A stretch of 64,000 nucleotides of DNA, taken from Blastocatellia bacterium (GTDB lineage: Bacteria; Acidobacteriota; Blastocatellia; UBA7656). This document shows positions 49,243-57,555 of the stretch, one piece after another. Position 1 is the first letter of the stretch. The number at the start of each line of letters is the position of its first letter. The stretch covers positions 16,977-80,976 of the forward strand of contig DATDOV010000054.1 in NCBI GenBank assembly GCA_035293105.1, given 5' to 3'. The notes below the pieces were generated by a model, which had not been told where the DNA came from, searched no databases, and worked only from the letters and a program-made list of their open reading frames with translations. A program made the position numbers and the translations under genes.

Positions 49243-49326
49243 CTTTCCCCTCCGAAGAATTCTCGTGACACGGGACCGTGACGCGTCGGAACCAATCCAC
49301 GCCGCACCACGCGTCGCGTTTCCCCC

Positions 49327-50280
49327 TCATATGTTGAACCACGGCGTCACCATCACGTACTTGATCCGGAACAACTGTCTGATCAGCAGCTTCGCCGGAA
49401 GCGACCACAGAATCGAAATAGCGAAGAACTGAAACGTCGCGTACTGCAACAGCGATGTGCGCTCGAATATCTTCTTTCCGAAACTCGTCCGCGTGATCAA
49501 CTTGTGAGTGACCCAGCCCGCGAGTGCGAAGAACGCCCCGACTACTATTGCACCGAAGATGCCCTTCCACGGCTGCTCTCCGATGAACCCGGCGCCCCAT
49601 CCTTTAACGATGTCGGGCAGGTCCTGATTGACCTCATAAATCACGGTGTTGTGGTCCCAGGTCTGGCCCGGCCAGAACCACACCCAGCCCGGACCGCGGA
49701 TGAAAGTGCCGATGAAGATCAGCAAGATCCAGGTGACGAACCCGATCAGAAATGAGCCGACCGCCACCTTGCGCTGCTTCCACGTGTAGTAGCCAACACC
49801 CAGCGGGTTCGAGTCGACGTAGGGAAACGCCATCAGCCCTACGATCATCAAGCTCGGCATCACGACTCCCGCGATCCACGGGTCAAAGTAGACGAGCATC
49901 TCCTGAAGCCCGAGGAAGTACCACGGCGCCTTCGACGGATTCATCGTCAGGTTGGGGTTCGACGGTTCCTCGAGCGGGGCATTGAGAGTGATGGACCAAA
50001 CGAACAGCACCACGGTGACGATCAGCACTGCGAGAAACTCGATTCGCAGCAAGTAAGGCCACACGTGAAGCTCTCGCGACCAGTGCGGCCGCCAGGGCCA
50101 GGTCTTCCGGTGATGAGTCTTTGCCAGTTGCGAATCGGCCTCAAGCTGTTCGATCAACCTGTCGTTCGCGCGCGCTTGCCTAAAGCCCAGCCACGCGAAG
50201 AACGGGACCAAAAACAGCATCGCCACAATCGGCACGTTATCAGGCGCTGAGACTATCTCCCACAGTTGTGCCCAATCCAT
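49327..50280 (-). CDS. Cytochrome b C-terminal half (subunit IV/PetD-like), extended
   Basis: PEWY-type motif KAPWYFLGLQEML. Multi-TM. Follows the b6-like gene. The start is uncertain (ATG at 50280 or 50328). Confidence 0.75.
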   Translation of the reverse strand: MDWAQLWEIVSAPDNVPIVAMLFLVPFFAWLGFRQARANDRLIEQLEADSQLAKTHHRKTWPWRPHWSRELHVWPYLLRIEFLAVLIVTVVLFVWSITLNAPLEEPSNPNLTMNPSKAPWYFLGLQEMLVYFDPWIAGVVMPSLMIVGLMAFPYVDSNPLGVGYYTWKQRKVAVGSFLIGFVTWILLIFIGTFIRGPGWVWFWPGQTWDHNTVIYEVNQDLPDIVKGWGAGFIGEQPWKGIFGAIVVGAFFALAGWVTHKLITRTSFGKKIFERTSLLQYATFQFFAISILWSLPAKLLIRQLFRIKYVMVTPWFNI

Positions 50281-50370
50281 AACCCCTCCAACGAGGAACG
50301 CCGAGTGATGAATGACGAACTGTTCCATCCGTCAGCCATCATTCGTCGTCAATCACCCATCGTCTCCTCA

Positions 50371-51303
50371 TCACTTCACTTGCGACTTCACCGCTCTTGC
50401 TCCCGGCGATTTCATCTCCGATTCAAGTTGAACCGGGGCCGGCCCGCTGATGCCGCCGTCCTTGCGCACGCGCCAGAAGTGGACCGCCATCAACACGCTG
50501 GCAATCGTCGGAATCGCGATGCAGTGCCAGATGTAGCTTCGCAGCAGTGCGTTCGCATCGACTATCGACCCGCCCAACAACCCGAAGCGAACGTCGTTGT
50601 ACGGAGTCATGTTCAACTGGGGCCCGAACGGCCCCTCGTGTCCAAGCAGCGGCGTAGCTCGCGCCATGTTCGTTCCGACCGTCACCGCCCAGAAGCCAAG
50701 TTGGTCGTCGGGCAGCAGATATCCGGTGAAGCTCAAGAGCAGCGTCAGCACCAACAACAAAACGCCGACGGTCCAGTTGAACTCGCGCGGCGTTTTGTAC
50801 GACCCGGTCAGCACGACCCGGAACATGTGCAGCCAGGTCGTAATCACCATAAGGTGGGCGCCCCAGCGGTGCATGTTGCGCAGGAGCTTGCCGAAGGGCA
50901 CGTCGTTCTCCAGGTACAGGATGTCTTGAAACGCCTGACCCTTTGACGGGTGATAGTAGAACATCAGCAGGATGCCGGTGAATGTCAGCACGATGAACAG
51001 GTAGAAAGTGATCCCGCCCATGCCCCAGGTGTAGCTGAAGCGCACTGCGTCGCGGTTGATCTTCGCCGGGTGAAGGTGAAGGAACACGTTGGTCAGCACG
51101 CCGAGCGAGCGCGACCGCGGCGTCGGCTCGTGCTTGACGCGGAACATCGACTTGTAGAGCTGGGTGCGGGTCGGCTGTTTGAGGCTCTCGACCTCTTCCT
51201 TGATCCTTTCTTTGAGGACCGGCACTTCTTCCTTGACTCGTGCTATCAAGCCTCCCGGCTTTTCCTTGGTCTGGTCGACCTTGTCGGGCTTGTCAGGTTC
51301 CAT
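50371..51303 (-). CDS. Cytochrome b N-terminal half (b6-like)
   Basis: Heme-ligand His contexts LRNMHRWGAHLMVITTWLHMFRV and TGYLLP. Confidence 0.85.
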   Translation of the reverse strand: MEPDKPDKVDQTKEKPGGLIARVKEEVPVLKERIKEEVESLKQPTRTQLYKSMFRVKHEPTPRSRSLGVLTNVFLHLHPAKINRDAVRFSYTWGMGGITFYLFIVLTFTGILLMFYYHPSKGQAFQDILYLENDVPFGKLLRNMHRWGAHLMVITTWLHMFRVVLTGSYKTPREFNWTVGVLLLVLTLLLSFTGYLLPDDQLGFWAVTVGTNMARATPLLGHEGPFGPQLNMTPYNDVRFGLLGGSIVDANALLRSYIWHCIAIPTIASVLMAVHFWRVRKDGGISGPAPVQLESEMKSPGARAVKSQVK

Positions 51304-51370
51304 TCCACGCTCCCTGGCTAATTAGTCACTCGAAGTCTGCCGGTGTCGCGTCGAAACTCGGGCCGGCCGT

Positions 51371-52048
51371 CTAACCCGGGATAAACGCGCCGGCGTCGTC
51401 GAACTTGCTCCGCTCGCCCTTTGGCGAGTCGTAAAGCCGGCTCGTGTCGACGACGATCTGACCTGAGGGATCAAGCTCTATGTGAGCGCGATCCATAGGC
51501 CGGGGCGCCGGTCCCTCGAAGTTGACGCCCTCACTGTCGTACCCGCTTCCGTGGCACGGACATTTGAACTTATTCTCGCTAGGTTTCCAGTCCGGCGTGC
51601 ACCCGAGGTGAGTGCACCGCGCGTAGATCACGAACAGCCGCTCGGCGTTGCGAACGACCCAGACGCGGTAGTCTTGCTGAAACTTGGTATCGACGCCGAA
51701 GCCGAAGTCGGACGGATAGCCAATGCGAAAGACGGTGCTCGGCTCGTATAACGTGCGCGGAAGAAAAAAGCGCAGGAACATGAGGAAACATACGGCCAGG
51801 AACGCACCGACCGAAGTCCAGACCACGCGGCGGCGCATTCTGTTGACGGGATCGGGTGGAGAATCGCTCGCGACGGTTTTGGTCTTAGCCCCGGCCGACG
51901 ATCCGACGGGCCTTGCGGCTTTAGCTGACTTTTCTGGGGTTGCTGCAGGCGCTTTGGGCGCCCCGGACGCTGCTGGCGGCTTCACCTCACCTTGGGTGGA
52001 TTCGGTCGTTTCCTGATCGTTGTCCATGTCCATGCCAGAGGTCTCCAC
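51371..52048 (-). CDS. Rieske [2Fe-2S] iron-sulfur protein
   Basis: CTHLGC...CPCHGS boxes; N-terminal TM. Confidence 0.88.
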   Translation of the reverse strand: METSGMDMDNDQETTESTQGEVKPPAASGAPKAPAATPEKSAKAARPVGSSAGAKTKTVASDSPPDPVNRMRRRVVWTSVGAFLAVCFLMFLRFFLPRTLYEPSTVFRIGYPSDFGFGVDTKFQQDYRVWVVRNAERLFVIYARCTHLGCTPDWKPSENKFKCPCHGSGYDSEGVNFEGPAPRPMDRAHIELDPSGQIVVDTSRLYDSPKGERSKFDDAGAFIPG

Positions 52049-52351
52049 GGTTGCCTCTCATGCTCAAGAGACGATAAGTACACGTGCAATGAACCAAGGC
52101 GTTGGACGCGCCTTGCCGACTTATACTGTATGAATCGAGCCGAGTGATACTCATCCAGCTTGTGACCTTTGTGTTAACCAGACAACTTATAATGAATGAC
52201 GAGGCTTGTAACATGCGGCTCGCGCGTTTGTCAAGCAAGCCCTCAATCCAGGTAGCCTTGCCCTGCTTCCGGTTTTGAGAGCCATCCGCTATCATTCCCG
52301 GCGCGTGGACGATTCGGCGCTGCGAGAATCGCGCGGGGCGAGGTGTAGAGT

Positions 52352-52786
52352 ATGGAAATTAACGACGTGTTGGTCCCAACCGATTTTTCGGCCTGTTCCC
52401 TGAGAGCATTGGACTTTGCGCGGTCGCTGTTGTCGCCCGGCGGCGAAGTCTACCTGTTGAACGTCATCGACAACGAGCTGCTCCTGCGATTTGAGGAACA
52501 CGGGCTCGGCAAAAAGGAAGATGCCGCCGAGAGGATGCGCGCCAGAGCCGACGAGATGCTCGATTCGATCATCGCCGACCGCGAAGGCGCATCGTCAAAG
52601 CTCAATAAAATGATAGTCGTCGGCGTTCCCTTTGTTGAGATACTCCGGATCGCAAAGGACCTGGACTTCAGCATAATCGTGATGGGAATTCGCGGAGGCG
52701 GCAGTCCAATAGAAGAGCTTCTCTTCGGCAGCACCTCAGATAAGGTTCTTCGCGGGACACAGATTCCCGTCGTGTTCGTCCCGTGA
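52352..52786 (+). CDS. Universal stress protein (UspA family)
   Basis: 144 aa; MEINDVLVPTDFS...; ATP-binding G-rich IVMGIRGGGS. Confidence 0.8.
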   Translation: MEINDVLVPTDFSACSLRALDFARSLLSPGGEVYLLNVIDNELLLRFEEHGLGKKEDAAERMRARADEMLDSIIADREGASSKLNKMIVVGVPFVEILRIAKDLDFSIIVMGIRGGGSPIEELLFGSTSDKVLRGTQIPVVFVP

Positions 52787-52968
52787 TCCGGTTTTCGTTC
52801 TTGAGATGAAAACGCATCGCGAACCACCTAACAAAGGTCGGCGGGCAATAGCGATTCGGGAAACGCCTGCCGGCGACATCCATGATTCATACAAGTTGAA
52901 CGGTCTTTTCTAACCGGCGGCCTCCAGCCCGTCCGGGCCGGCAGGCCGTCATCGAAAGAGGTGCTCTT

Positions 52969-54390
52969 ATGAACTCCAAACGTTCTCATGTCATTGGCGC
53001 CGGGCTAGGCGCCGCAGCCGCGCTGTTCGTTCTCTTCGCGGCCCAGACCGCACGAGCCCAAACCGTCTCCGGTGAAGTGCTGGATTGCACCGGAAGGGTC
53101 CTTCGCGATGTGACCGTAGAACTCTACAAGGTCACAACGCCCGGCGGTACTCGAACGGTGTCGGGCGGAGTAAGCGGCCAGACCGATAAGGGCGGGTACT
53201 TCAGATTCCCGACATCGGGTGGGACACTCACCCCGGGAACTTATTATGTCGTCGTCAAGTGTCCGCGCAATCAGGGAGGTCTTGTTCTCCAGTCGAACGA
53301 ATTCTATCTGTCGGCGGGCTTTACGACCGGCAATACTATTTCGCTGAAGTTCATCTGCTGTCCGACCATCGGCAGCAACGCCGTGCTCAGGAGGACGGAT
53401 GTTGACAACGTGGTCCCGGAGTTTACGCCGTTCGGAGGACTCGTCGAATCGGTCCCGCCGCCGCGCCCGCCGGGCGCTCCGGTCGTCGTCGGCAACGTCG
53501 AGTTCGTCCACACCGGCGACTGGCAGCCGGGTGATCAGGTCTCATTTACGGTTCGCGGGAAGGTCGTCGATGACAAAGCCGGCCGGCAAGCCGACTTGAC
53601 CGGCCACGTAGTCAAAATCGAGGACCCGTCGGGAAAGCAGAGAACCGTCGCGTGGTCGCCGCTGATTCGATATACGGTTTCGGCGGCCGTCGGAAGGATC
53701 ACGGCTTCACTTCTCAATCCGAACGGGACGGTCCTGTCCCGCACGACGATTCCCGTGAACCCCGCGGGAACTCCCGCTCCCTACCAGACGGTTGAGCCGC
53801 CGACGGGCACGTGCGTTGCGCCCGCGCTCAATCAAATCGGGCAGCCGTTCCAGATCTACAGCCCAAACAATCAGCTTGCGCAGGGCGATATCGAGTTGGT
53901 AGTGCGCAACGAAGCGAACGGCGCCTCGGAAGTATGCAAGCCGGTTGCGGTTTCTCCGCACAGTGCCATCTTTGAACCGAAGGGGGAAACCCCAGGGCGT
54001 CACACCTTCACCGTGAGGCGGACCGGCGCGCTCCAGGAGGTCTTCACTGTGTACCGGTTGCTTGTCGGCCTTGACACGAAACGACTTCAGAACGTCGGCA
54101 AGAAGGGCACGGTCACTGTCGAAGTATCGGGGTTTCCGTTGGACGAGGTCGAACTCCGCAAGCTCTTGTCGTTCAAACCGACCCTGCGCATCACGAACAA
54201 CACGCCCGACGTGCTCGCGTTCACGAAAGACCCGAGCGAGTTCTCCGTGAAGTTAGACGGGGGAGGGATTGAGGGCGGCACCTTCAGGCGAGATATCCTG
54301 ACCAAAGCCATTCGGGCTGGCGATTTCGAGATAAAAGCCAGAACGGAGCTGATAATCCTTCTAACTCCGAGGATAATCAAGCAAGAGTGA
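52969..54390 (+). CDS. Secreted protein with an N-terminal CarbopepD_reg-like domain and a secretin-like C-terminal tail
   Basis: Signal peptide. Transthyretin-like segment VSGEVLDCTGRVLRDVTVELYKV. C-terminus ...RTELIILLTPRIIKQE. Confidence 0.55.
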   Translation: MNSKRSHVIGAGLGAAAALFVLFAAQTARAQTVSGEVLDCTGRVLRDVTVELYKVTTPGGTRTVSGGVSGQTDKGGYFRFPTSGGTLTPGTYYVVVKCPRNQGGLVLQSNEFYLSAGFTTGNTISLKFICCPTIGSNAVLRRTDVDNVVPEFTPFGGLVESVPPPRPPGAPVVVGNVEFVHTGDWQPGDQVSFTVRGKVVDDKAGRQADLTGHVVKIEDPSGKQRTVAWSPLIRYTVSAAVGRITASLLNPNGTVLSRTTIPVNPAGTPAPYQTVEPPTGTCVAPALNQIGQPFQIYSPNNQLAQGDIELVVRNEANGASEVCKPVAVSPHSAIFEPKGETPGRHTFTVRRTGALQEVFTVYRLLVGLDTKRLQNVGKKGTVTVEVSGFPLDEVELRKLLSFKPTLRITNNTPDVLAFTKDPSEFSVKLDGGGIEGGTFRRDILTKAIRAGDFEIKARTELIILLTPRIIKQE

Positions 54391-54505
54391 TCTCAGCCTC
54401 AGGATAGCTCTCAGTTAGTTGTGGCCGCTTCCCGTCCTGCGACGCTTCCTTGTATTATGTCGCGCCGGCGGTCGCACGCCCAAAGATCAATCGGGGGAAA
54501 TCATC

Positions 54506-55339
54506 ATGTCGGACTTCAGGCTTCTTGTTGGCAAATCAGCAATCGTGACGGGTTCGGGCCGAGGTATCGGCCGCAGCATAGCGCGGCTCTTCGCGGAGCA
54601 CGGCGCTTCGGTCGTCATCAACGACATTGACTCCGACGTCGCCGAGGCGACGGCCAAAGAGATCAACGACGCGGGCGGGCACGCGGTGGTCTGCGCGGGC
54701 AGCGTCACCGACGCCGAGTTCCCGGATCGCCTGATGAAGACGGCGGTGGATGCCTTCGGCGGAATCGACGTCATCGTGAACAACGCAGGCTACACGTGGG
54801 ACTCGGTGATTCAGAACATGACCGACGAGCAGTGGTACGCGATGATCGACGTTCACCTGTCTGCGCCGTTCCGGATCATCCGCGCGGCCACGCCTTATAT
54901 GCGCGAGGCTGCCAAACGCGAGATCGCCGAGGGGCGCCGCGTTCAGCGAAAGATCGTCAACGTGTCTTCCACCTCGGGTGTCGCCGGCAACGCCGGGCAG
55001 GTGAACTACTCCGCCGGGAAGATGGGAATCGTCGGCGTCACCAAGACGATGGCGAAAGAGTGGGGCCGGTTCAACATCAACGTCAACGCGGTCGCTTATG
55101 GATTCATAGACACTCGCCTGACTCAGGCCAAAGAGAAGCAAGAGAAGATCGAACGCCACGGCAAGGAAGTTGAGTTGGGCATTCCCGAAGCTATGCGCCA
55201 GATGGCGGCGCAGTTCATTCCGTTAGGCCGCGCCGGGACTCCTGATGAAGCCGCTGGTCCGGTGTTATTCCTGGCCTCGCCGTTGTCGGACTACGTGACC
55301 GGCGCGGTCGTGCTTGTGACCGGCGGGTCGTACGTGTAG
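54506..55339 (+). CDS. Short-chain dehydrogenase/reductase
   Basis: TGSGRGIGRSIA, NNAG, and the catalytic S...YSAGK; internal ATG at 54506. Confidence 0.88.
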   Translation: MSDFRLLVGKSAIVTGSGRGIGRSIARLFAEHGASVVINDIDSDVAEATAKEINDAGGHAVVCAGSVTDAEFPDRLMKTAVDAFGGIDVIVNNAGYTWDSVIQNMTDEQWYAMIDVHLSAPFRIIRAATPYMREAAKREIAEGRRVQRKIVNVSSTSGVAGNAGQVNYSAGKMGIVGVTKTMAKEWGRFNINVNAVAYGFIDTRLTQAKEKQEKIERHGKEVELGIPEAMRQMAAQFIPLGRAGTPDEAAGPVLFLASPLSDYVTGAVVLVTGGSYV

Positions 55340-55448
55340 CGACTCGCGCGCGGCTTTGCCGATTCTCAAGCGCCAACCGCGTCTAGTCAATCATCTTCAC
55401 GGAGGCGCATCCGGTGCCGCAGAGCAAAGGGAGTGCAGCCAATACGCC

Positions 55449-56165
55449 TCAGCGCCGATTGATGACGATTCGCAGAGCAGCTTGTTTCAGCGTCTGACTG
55501 ACGCCGCCGGATTTGGCAATCTGTCGGATCTCGGGTTCGGGCAAAGTGGGAAGTAGTTTGACGGCAAGCGGCGTTGGCGTTCGGGGATTATGGACCAGAG
55601 CCGCGCGGATCTCCGAATTGCCCGCCCAGACGGTCGTCTTGGCAATCAACTCAGCCGCCACGGTTGATAGCATTGGAGAACGGGCGATGCGTATCACCTC
55701 CTCGGTAGTTATGCGCGGGTTCTTTAGCAGCGAAAAAATCACTTGCGCGTCATTGTCTTGAATCAACACCTGCCGATCGCTGCGGTCGGCTTTGGGCGCA
55801 AGCAACAGTTTCTCTATGCGAGACAGATTGCGAATCTTGTCCCATGCACTCTGTTCCACGTGAGACGCATCCTGAGTCTGTTCAGGAATCTTCGCGGTAA
55901 GCGTTGACCAAATCAGCTCCGGCGGTTGTTGGAGCGAAACCCCAAGAGCCCCGCCCATCGAACGAACGACTGTGGCCGGCACCATCATCTGCCCGCCCTC
56001 TGCCAGTTTCAAAGTGAGTTGAAGCGGAGTGAACTCCGGCAATTGCGAAGAGGTTTGAAAGAACAGCCCGCCCGCCGAGATATTGTTGTCGTACTCAACT
56101 TTGAATTCGGCTTCGTCTTCAAACTCAATTGAAAAATGTTCGGAAGCGATCTCAGTAACCTTCAA
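55449..56165 (-). CDS. Hypothetical protein with an N-terminal PilZ-like domain
   Basis: DNNISAGGLFFQT resembles the PilZ D/NxSxGG motif. RxxxR is not seen. The C-terminal half is helical-repeat-like. Confidence 0.4.
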   Translation of the reverse strand: MKVTEIASEHFSIEFEDEAEFKVEYDNNISAGGLFFQTSSQLPEFTPLQLTLKLAEGGQMMVPATVVRSMGGALGVSLQQPPELIWSTLTAKIPEQTQDASHVEQSAWDKIRNLSRIEKLLLAPKADRSDRQVLIQDNDAQVIFSLLKNPRITTEEVIRIARSPMLSTVAAELIAKTTVWAGNSEIRAALVHNPRTPTPLAVKLLPTLPEPEIRQIAKSGGVSQTLKQAALRIVINRR

Positions 56166-56242
56166 TTTGAAACCTCGCGCAGAGGGATCACAGCGGAGTC
56201 TCGCCGAAGATCAAGATGAACGTTAGAAGCTGAACTACCTCA

Positions 56243-57400
56243 CTAGTTCTTCTTCTTCTCCTGCGTTTGTGTCGGAGCAGCTAGGTCAACCAGGTACAAC
56301 TCCTTCTCCCCATCTCGATCCGAGCCAAACACTATCCGGTCGTTCGAGACGAACGCGGGCGAGTGCGCGACCATGCCTTTGGACGTAATCTGTTGGATCT
56401 CTCCCGAGGTCGAATCGAAGAGGAACACCTGTGCTCCGCTGCCCGTCGGGCCGATGAACGCGATGCGGCGTCCGTTCGGTGAGACGGTCGGGTTGTGCTT
56501 CGGGAGATCCGGATCGGGCAGCGCGCGAACCTCTCTGCTCTTGAAGTCGAGAACGTAGACGTCTTCCTCTTGCTGCGCCTGTTCCTGCCCCCAGATGACG
56601 ATCGAGCCCGACTCGGCGTTCGCAACGTAGCTGTGAATGCGGGCGAACTTCCGCGCGGTCAGGCTTTGCTGTGGCTTGCCATCGAATCCGTATTGCCATA
56701 GCGAGTGCCTTCCGCTGGCGTCGTCGACCTTGACCAGCAGGACGCTCTTGCCGTCGGGCGCTAGACCGGGCTGAATCGTCGTCGCTTCATCCTCGGTGAA
56801 GTACTCCGGCTTCCCGCCCCCGACGGCGACGGCCGCGATGTGGAGTATGCCGAACGCCGCGTCAGGCAGCGGACTTTCGTCGGTCGTGTACAGCAGCCGC
56901 TTGCCGTCAGGAGTGAAGATGGGTTCCTTGTCGGTGAACGCGTTCGTCGTGAGCCGGCGCAGTTTTCCGGTCTTCAACTCGAGTGTGTAGATCTCCGAGA
57001 AGCTCGCCGTCTCGTTGAATCCGGCAAAGGCGAGCGTCACACCATCGGGCGACCATTGTGGATTGTTCACTCCCCACTTCAGATTCGTGAGCGGTGGTTT
57101 GATCGAAAAGTCGGTGAGGTCGAGATGGTACAGATTCGGCGCCTGGCCCGGCCGCTCCGCGATCAACAGCAGCGCTTGCTTATCAGGCGACACCGGGCCA
57201 ATCGCGTAGAGGCCCATTCCCTGAGTCAGCCGTTTCACGCTGTAAGGCTCGGGCTTTTTCTTCTTGTCGTCCTTCTTGTTGTCGGATTGGCGCGGACTCG
57301 CCGCCAACACACCGGCGTACATCGCGACCGCGCAAACAAGCAGTAGAGGGCCCCACTTGTATGAGCGACGGGGCATCACGCTGTCCTCGAACGTCCGCAT
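56243..57400 (-). CDS. TolB-like periplasmic beta-propeller protein (PD40/WD40-like repeats)
   Basis: Signal peptide. Repeats PQWSPDGVTLAF, PIFTPDGKRLLY, PGLAPDGKSVLL and PTVSPNGRRIAF. Confidence 0.75.
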   Translation of the reverse strand: MRTFEDSVMPRRSYKWGPLLLVCAVAMYAGVLAASPRQSDNKKDDKKKKPEPYSVKRLTQGMGLYAIGPVSPDKQALLLIAERPGQAPNLYHLDLTDFSIKPPLTNLKWGVNNPQWSPDGVTLAFAGFNETASFSEIYTLELKTGKLRRLTTNAFTDKEPIFTPDGKRLLYTTDESPLPDAAFGILHIAAVAVGGGKPEYFTEDEATTIQPGLAPDGKSVLLVKVDDASGRHSLWQYGFDGKPQQSLTARKFARIHSYVANAESGSIVIWGQEQAQQEEDVYVLDFKSREVRALPDPDLPKHNPTVSPNGRRIAFIGPTGSGAQVFLFDSTSGEIQQITSKGMVAHSPAFVSNDRIVFGSDRDGEKELYLVDLAAPTQTQEKKKN

Positions 57401-57450
57401 TGTGATTACACCTCCGAGGTCTCGCTGCGACGCATACGGCGGGATCGTAG

Positions 57451-57500
57451 CACAGCCATGAACGGCTGATAAACTCGCTTTTCATGGCTGTGCCTTTTTG
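57451..57500 (+). terminator. Terminator-like hairpin plus T-tract in a divergent intergenic region
   Basis: Perfect 12-bp stem CACAGCCATGAA/TTCATGGCTGTG with an 18-nt loop, followed by CCTTTTTG. No upstream plus-strand gene, so function is unknown. Confidence 0.4.
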
Positions 57501-57555
57501 CGCTGGACGTTCAGTAGCGCGATGGTAAACTTCATTCAGCGAGGCCAAACATCGA

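Noticed and set aside
52049-52351. Possible tRNA or sRNA in the AT-rich spacer between the Rieske and usp genes
   Set aside because: No cloverleaf-compatible stems or conserved tRNA boxes (GTTC..A, T-loop) found by eye. It is more likely a divergent promoter region.
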